From Lentisphaeria bacterium (GTDB taxonomy: Bacteria; Verrucomicrobiota; Lentisphaeria; Victivallales; UBA1829): DNA of 58,013 nt. Below are positions 26,092 to 37,429 of the stretch, piece by piece. The position numbers were made by a program, and so were the translations under genes. A model generated the notes under the pieces. The model had not been told where the DNA came from, ran no database searches, and worked only from the letters and a program-made list of their open reading frames with translations. Position 1 is the stretch's first letter. Each line of letters starts with the position of its first letter. Location: assembly GCA_017456495.1 (NCBI GenBank), contig JAFTJI010000077.1, forward strand, positions 1 through 58,013. Reading direction: 5' to 3'.

Positions 26092-29000
26092 ATGCGACGA
26101 TATTTTTTCACTGCAGCTGCAGGTTTGTTTTTTGCAGCTTCTGCAATGGGTGACAAACTGTCAGATGAAACAATTCTGCGTTTTGCTCCCATGCCGAAAG
26201 CTCCGGTGATCGACGGAAAAATCACTCCGGAAGAGTGGAAATTTGCCTCCACAACTTTTGGCGGGATCTCTCCGAAAACCCGTTTGATGACATTCCGTCA
26301 GAATGATTTCAGAATCGGTTACGATGCAAAAAATATTTATGTTGCAATCACCAGTGAAACGCCTCCGCCGCCCCAGCCGATGAACAGCGGAGATCTGGTG
26401 GAATTTCAGTTCATTCCTCCCGGAAAAACAACTCCGCTGATCGTAAAATTTGACAGTACCGGTAAGGGAAAAATCCCTGCCGGGGTCAAAATCGCAAACG
26501 GATTCAGTTTTTCTCCGATGAACTCTGAAAAGACCATTTGCTGGAACGCAGAAGCCGTGATCCCTCTTTCTGTCCTTGGTGTAAAATCAATCGAAGACGG
26601 AAAAAAATGGAAATTCCAGATGATCCGTCACTGGGCAAGTCAGAGTGAAACCGGATATTTTCATCTCCCTGCAAAAGAGGGGGATATGGCAACATTCATT
26701 CCTGATAAAAAAGCCCTGACAGTCAGCTTTGACGGTTTCGGTCACAATCTCTACGCCGCAACAGGAAACTATACCTGGATCTATCGCATTGAAACCACTT
26801 TGAAGCACAGAGTTTATGTTCACTCCAAGAGTTTCCGCGCCGGTCTGGATGGTGCCGCAACTCTGGATATCAACAATCCCGATCTGATTGGAAAAAGCAG
26901 AAAGGTCCGCATCGGTTCCAGTACCAGAACCATTCCCGGAAAAACCAGTTATTTTCAGCTTTACATGATGGCGCAGTTCCCCGGAAAACCCCGATGTCTT
27001 TACTCTCAGATTTTCGATGATGCCAAACCAAGACAGGTTTTGTATCAGCGCACGATGTTCTGGGATACCAACATCTCCCGCAAGGCTGCCTCTTTCAAGG
27101 ATGATTCTGGCTATCCTTTCCTGAACGCCGCATTCTATCCCTCTTATGGAAATAAGTTCCGTTTTGCGGCAACTTTCAATAAAAAATTGCCCATCGGTTA
27201 TGCGGAAGTCAAGGTGAAAGACACCAACGGGAAAGTTTATTATACCTTTAAAAAATCAAGTTCCGGAAAAGCTCTGAAAGATTTTGAAGAGCAGACGGCT
27301 CTCCCGAATCTGCCTCTTGGTGATTATGTCGTCACCCTGGATACCATTGCGCTTGACGGAAGAAAATTCTTCCATAAGAGAACTTTTTCCATCCGCAAAT
27401 TTGAATGGCAGGGGTTGGATCTGGGGAAAGAACGGGTCATTGTTCCTCCGTTCAAACCGCTGAAACACAATGCTGATGCGAAAGAAGTCCATGCACTTCT
27501 GACCGGCTATAAAATCGGAGATGGTATCTGGAGCAAAATTTATGCGGAAGGGGAAAATATCCTTGCGGCTCCCATTCAGCTGTTCCTTGACGGAAAAGCG
27601 GTGAAAACCGGAAAAATCAAACTCGTCTCTGCCGAAAAGGATCGTATCGTTTATGAACTGACTTCTCAGGTCGGAAGAGTCAAGTTCCAGATCAATCAGG
27701 ATTATGATTACGATGGATTCTGCAAACTGACCGTAAAAGTTATTCCTCAGGGAAAAGTGAAAGTCAAATCTTTTGAACTCCGGATCCCCTTGAAGAATGA
27801 TCTTGTGAAATATTACACCTCTCTGCGCAGCAGTCGGAAGCGGTCTCTCGGAAGACCTGATTGGACCATCCCGGCAGGGCAGGGGGAACTGAAACTGGAT
27901 GCCATTCTCAGGAAAAAGGGCAGAATTGAGCACTATTTCTGGCTCGGAGAAGAGTACAAAGGTCTCAGCTGGATCATTGACACCCAGCGCGGATTCACTG
28001 TTGATAAGAAAACCTACCCCTGCAAACTCATCCGGAAAGGGAATACCATCACCTATGTTCAGCAGATGGTGAACGTTCCGACCGAATGGAGCAAACCGTG
28101 GGAATTTGAAATGGGCTTCTCTCCCACACCTGTGAAACGACAGAACAAACAGTTCCGTACATTGAGCCAGTGGATGTATCACTATCCGGTGGCAAAAGGT
28201 TCCACCAACGGCGGAAGTATGCTCGTTTCACAATGGCCGCTGCTCTATTTCTATAACATCAATGAATTGCCGCAGGGCGATGATTCCTACTACCGCAAGC
28301 TCATGGAAACTCGCGGCAAAACTGTCAGCAATGAAGAACGGATCAAATTCGGCGAAGCATATATTGCCCGCCACAGCGACTGGATTCGGAAAAACAGACC
28401 GCTCGTTGAGATGTCTGTTTTCAGACGGCATGTGCTTGACCGCCGTAATTTTGGTCTTGACTATTATCTGCAGTATCACAATCCGGCGTTCTACTCCTAT
28501 CGCTGGCCCGAAGCTGAAATGTATAAGGCTGAATGGCTCCCCTGGGATTATCCTGTGGACGATGCTCATAACGAATACATCGCGGCGCAGTCCTCCACCT
28601 ACATCGACAAAATGCTTTGGGAGATCCTGACGCAGATCCGCTGGGGTATGGACGGCATGAATTTTGATTGTTTCGCTCTTGGAGGCGGTCATAACTCTGT
28701 CTCTATGAAAGGGTTCCGTGATGCTCCGGGGCGTGTTCCCATGGTCACGAACAGCAATATGCTTCAGATCGCCTCACCGGGATATATCCCCGCAACCAAC
28801 CTGTTCGGCTGGCGTGAACTTCTGAAACGGACAGCTCATCTGCTTTATACCGAAAAACGGCTCGTCTTCGGTGTCCCCTGGGTGGAACTTCACTCAACAA
28901 ACATTCAGGCCGTTCCGGTCACTGCGTTCTGCTCTACTGTGATTACAACTGAATGTGCCAGCGGCGGAAATGATTACTTCGACCGATTCCCCCGTGCTGC

Positions 29001-29493
29001 TGTCCTGGCTGATATCGCAGGACTTCAGTCCGGAGTGGTTCCCAGAAATATTATTTCAACCAAGTCCACAAAACTCTCACCGGAAGAACAGATGCGAACG
29101 ATGATGGGGCTCTGTTTTGCCTATGGTTTGATGAACCATTTTGACCAGGGAATCATGAAGGGGTACACCGATTACGGAATTGCCCGTGATGCCATTTTCT
29201 CTTTCGGCTACGGAAGACCGGAAAACCAGACCATTGCGTTTTATGACAAGGAAACTCAGCCTGTTACTTGCAATGCAAAAAATATCCGCACAACGCAGGT
29301 TATCCGTCCTGACGGAAAGGCTCTCATTCTTGTCGGAAATATTGGTGAGAACGTCAAGGCAAAGTTTGATCTTTCCGGTTTGAATTACGGAAAATATAAA
29401 ATCACAGATGTATTTACCGGGAAAGTTCTGCCGACTGCTGAAATTGAAGTTCAGCGGCACGGTTATGCTCTGTTGAAGATCGAAAAACTTTGA
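26092..29493 (+). CDS. Secreted ~1130-aa multidomain protein, paralog 2
   Basis: Signal peptide MRRYFFTAAAGLFFAASAMG. It has the same invariant blocks as paralog 1 and lies 40 bp downstream of it. Confidence 0.85.
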   Translation: MRRYFFTAAAGLFFAASAMGDKLSDETILRFAPMPKAPVIDGKITPEEWKFASTTFGGISPKTRLMTFRQNDFRIGYDAKNIYVAITSETPPPPQPMNSGDLVEFQFIPPGKTTPLIVKFDSTGKGKIPAGVKIANGFSFSPMNSEKTICWNAEAVIPLSVLGVKSIEDGKKWKFQMIRHWASQSETGYFHLPAKEGDMATFIPDKKALTVSFDGFGHNLYAATGNYTWIYRIETTLKHRVYVHSKSFRAGLDGAATLDINNPDLIGKSRKVRIGSSTRTIPGKTSYFQLYMMAQFPGKPRCLYSQIFDDAKPRQVLYQRTMFWDTNISRKAASFKDDSGYPFLNAAFYPSYGNKFRFAATFNKKLPIGYAEVKVKDTNGKVYYTFKKSSSGKALKDFEEQTALPNLPLGDYVVTLDTIALDGRKFFHKRTFSIRKFEWQGLDLGKERVIVPPFKPLKHNADAKEVHALLTGYKIGDGIWSKIYAEGENILAAPIQLFLDGKAVKTGKIKLVSAEKDRIVYELTSQVGRVKFQINQDYDYDGFCKLTVKVIPQGKVKVKSFELRIPLKNDLVKYYTSLRSSRKRSLGRPDWTIPAGQGELKLDAILRKKGRIEHYFWLGEEYKGLSWIIDTQRGFTVDKKTYPCKLIRKGNTITYVQQMVNVPTEWSKPWEFEMGFSPTPVKRQNKQFRTLSQWMYHYPVAKGSTNGGSMLVSQWPLLYFYNINELPQGDDSYYRKLMETRGKTVSNEERIKFGEAYIARHSDWIRKNRPLVEMSVFRRHVLDRRNFGLDYYLQYHNPAFYSYRWPEAEMYKAEWLPWDYPVDDAHNEYIAAQSSTYIDKMLWEILTQIRWGMDGMNFDCFALGGGHNSVSMKGFRDAPGRVPMVTNSNMLQIASPGYIPATNLFGWRELLKRTAHLLYTEKRLVFGVPWVELHSTNIQAVPVTAFCSTVITTECASGGNDYFDRFPRAAVLADIAGLQSGVVPRNIISTKSTKLSPEEQMRTMMGLCFAYGLMNHFDQGIMKGYTDYGIARDAIFSFGYGRPENQTIAFYDKETQPVTCNAKNIRTTQVIRPDGKALILVGNIGENVKAKFDLSGLNYGKYKITDVFTGKVLPTAEIEVQRHGYALLKIEKL

Positions 29494-29545
29494 TTCGGAT
29501 CATTGAAATCTGAAAAATAATATACAAACCTAACAGGAGGAAAAC

Positions 29546-32500
29546 ATGAGAACTTCGTTGTTAACAGCTGCTTTTGCTGTTACCGCAGCTGCTTCATCGT
29601 TTGGAAATACGATTTCCGACGAGACATTGCTGCGTTTTGCACCAATGCCGAAAGCACCCGTGATCGATGGGCGGATCGACTACAATGAATGGAAGTATGC
29701 TTCCACCACTTTCGGAGGTATCTCTCCGAAAACAAAGTTGATGACCCGCCGTCAAAATGATTTCCGGATCGGTTACGATGCAAAATACATTTATTTTGCA
29801 ATTTCCAGCGAAATCCCTCTTCCGCCCCAGTCTTTAAGCCCGGAAGATCAAGTCGAGTTCCAACTGCTCCCGCCGGGAAAAAAGGAACCTGTCGTAATCA
29901 AATTTGATGTCACTGGAAAAGGAAAAATCCCTGCCGGAGTCAAAGTCCGCAACACGATCGGATATGTTATTATGAACGCAGAGCAGGGGAAATGCTGGAC
30001 AACAGAAATTGCAGTTCCTTATTCCGCTTTGGGCGTTTCAGGAATCAAGTCCGGCGAAAAATGGGGACTTCAGATGATCCGTCACTGGTCCAGCCAGAAG
30101 GAAACCGGATTCTTCCATCTTCCGAAAAAAGCTGGAGAAATGGCAACCTTTATTCCTGATTTCAATGCGCCGACCATCAGTTTCGACGGTTTCGGTCTGC
30201 TGATGTACACCGCAACCGGAAACTACAACTGGACCTATCGTATTGAGAATACCCTGAAACAAGATTTCGGTGTCCATTCTGAAAGTTACCGCTCCGGTGT
30301 CAATGCAGCTGCAACTCTTGACATCAACAATCCCGATCTCTTCGGCAAAGAAGAGAAAGTCCGGATCGGTTACAGTCAGGTGGTCAAACCCGGAAAAACC
30401 GGTTTGTTCCAGCTGCACATGATGGCTCAGTTCCCCGGAAAGCCCCGTCTGCTTTACTCCTTCCTGAAAGGATATAACAATGTTGTTTACTACAAACGCA
30501 CCATGTTCTGGGATGTGATCCTTTCCCAGAGAGCTGCTGTTTATAAAGATGAGCGCGGTCTTCCTTACCTCAATGCCGGTTACTATCCCTCTTTCGGCGA
30601 AAAACTCCGTGTCGCTGCCAGTTTCAACAAGAAACTTCCCATCGTGAATGTTTCTATTACTGTCAGAAACTCCAAAGGAAAAGTCCTTCATACCTTCGCA
30701 AGATCCGGATTCGGACGTCCTCTGGAAGATTTTGAAGATCAGACGATCCTGAAGAATCTCCCTGTTGATGATTACACCGTGACCATGGAATCCATGGACA
30801 TGAACGGAAAAACTTATACTCATGTGAGAACATTCTCCATTGCCAAGTTCCCGTGGCAGGGCTTGAACCTTGGAAAAGAACGGATCATTATTCCGCCGTT
30901 CAAACCCTTGAAAGTCGATAAAAAGAAACAGGAAGTCCATGCTCTGCTGACCGGTTATCAGATCGGCGGCGGTGTCTGGAACGCCATTTATGCTGAAAAT
31001 GAAAATATTCTTGCGGCACCCATCCAGTTCGTGCTGAACGGAAAACCGGTTCCTGCAGGAAAAATCAAATTGCTCTCCGCAGAAAAAGACCGTGTTGTTT
31101 ATGAAGCGACTACGGGCAGCGGAACAGTCAAATTCGTTCTCAATCAGGAATATGATTATGACGGATTCTGCAAACTGACGACCAAAGTCATTCCTCAGGG
31201 GATGGTCAAGGTTACCTCTTTCCAATTGCTGATCCCCATGAAGGCGGAATATGCAAAGTATTACGCTGCTCTTGGTTTCGGAAACAGAACCCGCGGACAG
31301 GGGAAACCTGATACGACCATTCCTGCAGCGCAGGGGGAAATCAAGCTGAATGTCAATCAGCGCAAAGGTTTTATCCTGAATTATTTCTGGTTCGGAACCG
31401 CTTATAAAGGTTTCAGCTGGATCATTGACACTCAGAAAGGGTTCGCGCTTGACAAGAAAAAATACCCGCACCGCATGGAGCGGAAAGGCAATACAGTTGT
31501 CTTTACTCAGGACATCGTGAATATGCCGACCGTCTGGGATAAGCCGTGGGAATTTACTTTTGGTTTCTCTCCCACACCGGTGAAGCCCATCAACAAGAAC
31601 TATCGCAGTCTTTCAACCTGGATGTATGACTATAAGCCTGCCAAAGGTTCTGACAAAGCCAATATGTCGATCCAGCAGCTTCCTCTTGGCGAATATTATG
31701 ATATTCAGGCAACACCTCCGGGTGGAGAAAGCTACTATCTGGATATTGTGAAGAACCGCGGCAGATTTATCCCCCCCGCAGAACGCAAGAAAATGGCAGA
31801 TGAATATATTGCCAAACATAAAGATTGGATCCTGAAAAATGCCCCGATGGCAGATTTCAGCCTCATCCGGAAAATGTTTGAAGATCAGCGTGTCTGGGGC
31901 GACCATTACTTCCTCGTTTACAATGACCCCGCTCATTACTCCTACCGTTGGAAAGAAGCGGAAATGTACAAGGCAGAATGGCTCCCGTGGGATTACCCCG
32001 TGGATGATGCTCTGAACGAATATGTTGCATGCAAAACACCGCAGTATATCGACAAAATGCTTTACGATATGCGCAGATATGCCCGCTGGGGAATCGAAGG
32101 CATGAACTTCGACTGTTTCCCGCTTGGCGGCGGACGGAACACTGTCTCCTGCGGCGCATTCCGCGAAAAGCCCGGTCCGGTGCCGCTGATCTACAACCAT
32201 AACATGCTTCAGATCGCTCCCTATGGAATCGTTCCCTGCCGCAATCTTTTCGGCTGGCGCGAACTTACCAAGAGAACGGCTCATATGCTTTATACCGAAG
32301 GTCGCCTTGTTCATGGTGTGCCCTGGGTAGAACTCCACTCCACAGATTCTGCAGTGCCGGCAGTGACCGCTTTCTGTTCCACTGTGATCACAACCGAATG
32401 TGCTTCTCTCGGAAGTGATTTCTTTGACCGGTTCCCGGAAAGCTATCTGCTGAGTGACCTTGCCGGACTTCAGGCTGGTGTCATGCCCCGTCCCATCGTT

Positions 32501-32938
32501 TCCACCCGTTCATCCAAACTGTCCCGTCAGGAACAGGTGAAATCTCTGATCTCATGGAGTTTCGCCAGCGGTTTGATGACTCATTGCGATCAGGGCGTTC
32601 TGAGAGGTCAGAAAGATTTCCAGGTCATGCGTGACGAAATCTTCAGTTTCGGATTCGGCAGACCGGAAAACAAGACCATTGCGTACTATGACAAAGAACC
32701 TCAGCCCATCAAATGCAAAGCTCCCATGGTTCGGACAACTCAGGTGATCCGTCCTGACGGAAAAACTCTGCTCATGGTCGGTAATATGGGCGACAAAGTG
32801 ACAGCAACGTTTGATCTTTCCGGATTGAACTATAAGAAATACAAAATCACAGATGTCTTTACCGGAAAAGTTCTGCAGAAAGCAGAAGTTGAGCTGTCCC
32901 GTCATGGATATGCTCTGCTGAAGATCGAAAAACTCTGA
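29546..32938 (+). CDS. Secreted ~1130-aa multidomain protein, paralog 3
   Basis: Strong RBS AGGAGG and signal peptide MRTSLLTAAFAVTAAASSFG. Paralog 4 is its closest relative. Confidence 0.85.
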   Translation: MRTSLLTAAFAVTAAASSFGNTISDETLLRFAPMPKAPVIDGRIDYNEWKYASTTFGGISPKTKLMTRRQNDFRIGYDAKYIYFAISSEIPLPPQSLSPEDQVEFQLLPPGKKEPVVIKFDVTGKGKIPAGVKVRNTIGYVIMNAEQGKCWTTEIAVPYSALGVSGIKSGEKWGLQMIRHWSSQKETGFFHLPKKAGEMATFIPDFNAPTISFDGFGLLMYTATGNYNWTYRIENTLKQDFGVHSESYRSGVNAAATLDINNPDLFGKEEKVRIGYSQVVKPGKTGLFQLHMMAQFPGKPRLLYSFLKGYNNVVYYKRTMFWDVILSQRAAVYKDERGLPYLNAGYYPSFGEKLRVAASFNKKLPIVNVSITVRNSKGKVLHTFARSGFGRPLEDFEDQTILKNLPVDDYTVTMESMDMNGKTYTHVRTFSIAKFPWQGLNLGKERIIIPPFKPLKVDKKKQEVHALLTGYQIGGGVWNAIYAENENILAAPIQFVLNGKPVPAGKIKLLSAEKDRVVYEATTGSGTVKFVLNQEYDYDGFCKLTTKVIPQGMVKVTSFQLLIPMKAEYAKYYAALGFGNRTRGQGKPDTTIPAAQGEIKLNVNQRKGFILNYFWFGTAYKGFSWIIDTQKGFALDKKKYPHRMERKGNTVVFTQDIVNMPTVWDKPWEFTFGFSPTPVKPINKNYRSLSTWMYDYKPAKGSDKANMSIQQLPLGEYYDIQATPPGGESYYLDIVKNRGRFIPPAERKKMADEYIAKHKDWILKNAPMADFSLIRKMFEDQRVWGDHYFLVYNDPAHYSYRWKEAEMYKAEWLPWDYPVDDALNEYVACKTPQYIDKMLYDMRRYARWGIEGMNFDCFPLGGGRNTVSCGAFREKPGPVPLIYNHNMLQIAPYGIVPCRNLFGWRELTKRTAHMLYTEGRLVHGVPWVELHSTDSAVPAVTAFCSTVITTECASLGSDFFDRFPESYLLSDLAGLQAGVMPRPIVSTRSSKLSRQEQVKSLISWSFASGLMTHCDQGVLRGQKDFQVMRDEIFSFGFGRPENKTIAYYDKEPQPIKCKAPMVRTTQVIRPDGKTLLMVGNMGDKVTATFDLSGLNYKKYKITDVFTGKVLQKAEVELSRHGYALLKIEKL

Positions 32939-32961
32939 TTTTTCTGATATCAGTATTAAAA

Positions 32962-32993
32962 CCGGAGAACTTTTCAGTTTCTCCGGTTTTTTT
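32962..32993 (+). terminator. Rho-independent terminator after paralog 3
   Basis: CCGGAGAA / TTCTCCGG stem, 9-nt loop, followed by a run of 7 T. Confidence 0.7.
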
Positions 32994-33119
32994 ATTTGGA
33001 AGACATTGACAGCCGGATATTTTACAGCAGAAATGCCGTTTCTTTTGCTTCACGGATTGACTGTTTTTGTCCGGGTTACCTTTTATTCCATAAAAAATGC
33101 TGATTTTTTATGGATTTTT

Positions 33120-33182
33120 GGCGGATAATTCTATTTTTTTTATAAAACAGGTCTTGTTTTTTTCAGGTTTATGGAGTATAAT
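33120..33182 (+). promoter_or_regulatory. Candidate promoter/operator module of the second paralog unit
   Basis: GGCGGATAATTCTATTTTT (33120-33138), TTGTTT (33154-33159) and TATAAT (33177-33182). The spacing matches the 22541-22602 module to within 1 bp. Confidence 0.45.
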
Positions 33183-33229
33183 TCAGTAAAATCTATACAG
33201 AACATTTTTATCATCCGGAGGCATCTTTC

Positions 33230-36200
33230 ATGCAAAAACGATTTTTAATTGCTGCATTGTCAATTTCAACTGCAGTTTCAGCACTGGGTTATTCCCTGTC
33301 AGATGAAACCTTGCTTCGTTTTTCCGCGATGCCTGAAGTTCCGGTTATTGATGGTAAAATCGACTATAATGAGTGGAAATACGCCTCAACAACTTTCGGC
33401 GGAATTTCCCCGAAAACAAAATTGATGACTTTCCGCCAGAATGATTTCAGAATCGGTTATGACGATAAGTTTGTTTACTTTTCCATCACAAGCGAAATTC
33501 CGCTGCCGCCCCAGACTCTTGATAAGGACGATTGCGTGGAATTACAGCTCCTGCCTCCCGGAAAGACGAAACCTGTTGTGATCAAATATGACTATTCCGG
33601 AAAAGGACAGGTTCCTGCAGGTGTGAAAATCAGAAGTTCTATCGCTTATACGACCATGAATGCCGAACAGGGAAAATGCTGGATCACTGAAGCTGCGATC
33701 CCTTATTCTGTCCTTGGCGTTTCCAAATTCAATGACGGGGAAAAATGGGGGCTTCAGATGATCCGTCACTGGTCCAGCAAGAAAGAGACCGGATATTTCC
33801 ATCTTCCGAAAAAGAACGGCGAAATGGCAACTTTTATTCCGGATTCCAAGGCTCCGGTTTGCAGTTTTGACGGATTCGGTCTGCTCATGTATCAGAATGC
33901 CGGAAATTATATGTGGACCTACAGAGCCGAAAATACTCAGAAACATAAATTCGGCGTGATTTCCAAAAGTTACCGTTCCGGTGTCAATGCCGCTGCAACT
34001 CTTGATATCACAAATCCCGACCTCATCGGAAAAGAGGTCAAGGCTCTCATTGCCGGAAACAAAATGCTTAATCCCGGAGAAACTGCTCTGTTCCAGCTCC
34101 ATATGGTGGCTCAGTTCGCCGGAAAACCACGTTTGCTTTACTCTCATCTGAAAGGTTATAATAACATTGATTATTACAAACGGGTGATGTTCTGGGATAC
34201 TTCCATCTCTCAACGGGCGGCAACTTATAAAGATGAGATCGGTCTGCCTTACCTCAATGCCGGTTATTATCCCTCTTACGGAGAAAAGCTCCGTGTTGCG
34301 GCAAGTTTCAATAAAAAACTCCCCATTGCCAATGTGAGCATTACAGTACGGAACTCAAAAGGAAAAGTCCTGCATCGTTTCTCCAGATCCGGTTTCGGTC
34401 GTCCCGTAGAGGATTTTGAAGACGAAGTGATTTTGAAAAATCTGCCCGTGGATAGCTATACCGTGACCATGGAATCCATGGATATGAACGGAAAAACTTA
34501 TAATCATGTCCGGACGTTTGCTATTGCCAAGTTCCCGTGGCAGGGCTTGAATCTCGGAAAAGAACGGATCATTATTCCGCCGTTCAAACCCTTGAAATTG
34601 AATAAACAAACCCGGGAGATCCATGCTTTGCTGACCGGTTACAAGATCGGCGGCGGGATTTGGAATGCTGTTTATGCAGAAGGCGAAAATATCCTCGCAG
34701 CTCCGATTCAGTTTGTGCTGAATGGAAAACCGCTCCCCGCGGGAAATATCAAACTGCTCTCTGCAGAAAAAGATCGCATCGTTTATGAAGCAACTGTAAC
34801 CGAGGGAAAACTTAAACTCATCTTGAATCAGGAGTATGATTATGATGGTTTCTGCAAGTTGACGACAAAGATCATTCCTCTTGCTCCGATCAAGGTCAAA
34901 TCTTTTGAACTGCATATTCCTATGAAAGATAAGTATGCAAAATATTATGCAACGATCCGTGGAAACCGTCCCCGTGCCCAGGGAAAGCCTGACACAACGA
35001 TTCCGGCGGGGCAGGGTGTGCTTGATATCAAAGGTGCTCTGCAGGAAAATGGCAGAGTTATGAACTATTTCTGGTTCGGAACTGCATACAAAGGTTTCAG
35101 CTGGATCATTGATACTCAGAAAGGTTTTTCTATCGAAAAGAAAAAATATCCGCATCGCATGGTTCGGAACGGGAATGCAGTCATCTTTGTCCAGGACATT
35201 GTGAACAGACAGACTGTCTGGGACGCCCCCTGGGAGTTCACATTCGGATTTTCTCCCACACCTGTGAAACCGATCAACAAAAATTACCGTACTCTTTCAA
35301 CCTGGATGTATGATTATCCCCTGCCGACAGGCGCGGATAAATGCAATATGCAGGTCGAACAGCTCCCACTGGGCGATTATTATGATGTTCAGGCTGTGCC
35401 CAATGGCGATGATTATTATTACAGACAGATCGTCGCCAGCCGCGGAAAAGTCATATCTGATGCGGAACGCAACAGAATGGCTGATGCCTATATTGCAAAA
35501 CATAAAGATTGGATCCTGAGAAATGCTCCTCTTGCTGATTTCAGCCTGATCCGGAAACTTTTTACAACCAAGCGCGCCTGGGGCGATCATTATATGCTCA
35601 TGTATAATGACCCGGCTTATTACTCCTATCGATGGAAAGAGGCGGAGATGTACAAGGCTGAATGGCTGCCATTCGATTATCCCGTCGATGATGCGTTGAA
35701 TGAATACGTCGCAAACAAAACTCCGGAATACATCGACAAGATGCTGTGGGAAATGCGCCGTTATGTCCGTTGGGGGCTCGATGGTATGAATTTTGACTGC
35801 TTCCCGCTGGGCGGAGGAAGAAATACCGTCTCAATGGGTGCTTTCCGTGAAAAGCCCGGAAGAGTTCCTTTGATGTACAATCATAACATGCTTCAGTTCG
35901 TTCCGGAAGGAATCATTTATGCCAGAAACTTTTTCGGATGGCGTGAACTGACCAAGAGAACGGCTCACATGCTTTATACCGAAGGAAAACTCATCCATGG
36001 TGTCCCCTGGGTGGAACTTCATGCAACTGATGCGGCAGTTCCGGCAGTTGCGGCATTCTGTTCAACGGTAATTACTATGGAATGCGGTTCTGCCGGGAAA
36101 GATTATTTCGACCGTTTCCCCGAAAGTTATGTGTTGAGTGACCTTGCCGGAACTCAGGCTGGTGTTGCGCCGCGTCCCATCGTTTCCACTCATTCTACCA

Positions 36201-36622
36201 AATTGACCCGCGCAGAACAGGTCAAGTCTCTCATCAGCTGGATCTTCGCCTATGGTATGATGAACTATTGCGATCAGGGCGTTTTGAAAGGACAGAAAGA
36301 TTTCCGGGTTCAACGGGATGCAATTTTCGGTTTCGGTTATGGCAGACCTCAGAACAAAACCATTGCTTTCTATGATAAAGAACCTCAGCCGATTACCTGC
36401 AATGCTCCCATGGTCCGGACAACTCAGGTGATCCGCCCCGATGGAAAAGCTCTGCTCATGATCGGTAATACCGGAGATAAAGTCAAGGTGAAATTTGATC
36501 TCTCCGGGTTGAAGTATGGAAAATATAAAGTGACGGATCTGTTTACCGGAAAGGTTCTGACAAGTACAGAGCTGGAACTGCCCCGTCACGGTTATGCACT
36601 TTGGAAAATAGAAAAACTTTGA
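33230..36622 (+). CDS. Secreted ~1130-aa multidomain protein, paralog 4
   Basis: RBS GGAGG and signal peptide MQKRFLIAALSISTAVSALG. It is homologous end to end with the other four. Confidence 0.85.
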   Translation: MQKRFLIAALSISTAVSALGYSLSDETLLRFSAMPEVPVIDGKIDYNEWKYASTTFGGISPKTKLMTFRQNDFRIGYDDKFVYFSITSEIPLPPQTLDKDDCVELQLLPPGKTKPVVIKYDYSGKGQVPAGVKIRSSIAYTTMNAEQGKCWITEAAIPYSVLGVSKFNDGEKWGLQMIRHWSSKKETGYFHLPKKNGEMATFIPDSKAPVCSFDGFGLLMYQNAGNYMWTYRAENTQKHKFGVISKSYRSGVNAAATLDITNPDLIGKEVKALIAGNKMLNPGETALFQLHMVAQFAGKPRLLYSHLKGYNNIDYYKRVMFWDTSISQRAATYKDEIGLPYLNAGYYPSYGEKLRVAASFNKKLPIANVSITVRNSKGKVLHRFSRSGFGRPVEDFEDEVILKNLPVDSYTVTMESMDMNGKTYNHVRTFAIAKFPWQGLNLGKERIIIPPFKPLKLNKQTREIHALLTGYKIGGGIWNAVYAEGENILAAPIQFVLNGKPLPAGNIKLLSAEKDRIVYEATVTEGKLKLILNQEYDYDGFCKLTTKIIPLAPIKVKSFELHIPMKDKYAKYYATIRGNRPRAQGKPDTTIPAGQGVLDIKGALQENGRVMNYFWFGTAYKGFSWIIDTQKGFSIEKKKYPHRMVRNGNAVIFVQDIVNRQTVWDAPWEFTFGFSPTPVKPINKNYRTLSTWMYDYPLPTGADKCNMQVEQLPLGDYYDVQAVPNGDDYYYRQIVASRGKVISDAERNRMADAYIAKHKDWILRNAPLADFSLIRKLFTTKRAWGDHYMLMYNDPAYYSYRWKEAEMYKAEWLPFDYPVDDALNEYVANKTPEYIDKMLWEMRRYVRWGLDGMNFDCFPLGGGRNTVSMGAFREKPGRVPLMYNHNMLQFVPEGIIYARNFFGWRELTKRTAHMLYTEGKLIHGVPWVELHATDAAVPAVAAFCSTVITMECGSAGKDYFDRFPESYVLSDLAGTQAGVAPRPIVSTHSTKLTRAEQVKSLISWIFAYGMMNYCDQGVLKGQKDFRVQRDAIFGFGYGRPQNKTIAFYDKEPQPITCNAPMVRTTQVIRPDGKALLMIGNTGDKVKVKFDLSGLKYGKYKVTDLFTGKVLTSTELELPRHGYALWKIEKL

Positions 36623-36649
36623 TCATAATAAAAAAGAAAGGAAAACATT

Positions 36650-37426
36650 ATGAAAAAAAGTATCATTCTCTCTTCAATGTTGACTGTTGCATGTTTCGCA
36701 GGTGCCGCAGAATATGTTTTTGATTCTCAGGCAGATTGCAGATTGGAAGGCGGAAAAAGACTGGAATTCAAGGATGGATGCCATGTCCTGAAAGGTGCCT
36801 GCCATTTCATGACAGATAAAGCTTTTACCAATAATCCGGCAAAAAAGTATAAACTGTTTGCAGATATCAAGCGCGGAACCAACCAGAAAACCAGTGGCTT
36901 GACTTTTGCAGTCATGTATCTTGATGAAAAAGGAAGAACGATCCAGACCCGTGAATATCTGACGGTTCCCAACTCCTTTACCGAACTTGCAAAGCCGATG
37001 AAGCCCACTGATAAGGTTATCACACTCAAGAAACCTGCAAATTTCAAAAAAGGTTACAACTGGCCCGTCGTTGTCGCTTTTGAAGCAAAAGCAGATGAAT
37101 CTGATATTCCCAACCCCAAAGTTACCACCAAAACCAGCAAGGTGGTGATTGGTGCAGATACCATTACAGTGACTCTTGACAAGCCGACTTTTGCAGCTTA
37201 TCCTGCCGGAACAAAAGTCAGACTCCACTATGCTCTGGCTTTCTACCGTCCGCTGAATATCGACAAGTTCTACAACCATCCTACAGACAAATGGGTTACC
37301 ATCGGCGGCGATGTCCCCATGCCCAAAGGCGTGAAAAAATTCAAACCCGTTATCGTCTACTATGACTGGGCTAAAGGTACCACAAAAACCGTTCTGGTCC
37401 GCAACTTCAAGCTCATTGAGGAATAA
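36650..37426 (+). CDS. Secreted 258-aa protein of unknown function (beta-rich, possibly a binding module)
   Basis: RBS AAAGGAAAA and signal peptide MKKSIILSSMLTVACFAGA. I recognise no family motif. Confidence 0.7.
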   Translation: MKKSIILSSMLTVACFAGAAEYVFDSQADCRLEGGKRLEFKDGCHVLKGACHFMTDKAFTNNPAKKYKLFADIKRGTNQKTSGLTFAVMYLDEKGRTIQTREYLTVPNSFTELAKPMKPTDKVITLKKPANFKKGYNWPVVVAFEAKADESDIPNPKVTTKTSKVVIGADTITVTLDKPTFAAYPAGTKVRLHYALAFYRPLNIDKFYNHPTDKWVTIGGDVPMPKGVKKFKPVIVYYDWAKGTTKTVLVRNFKLIEE

Positions 37427-37429
37427 GAA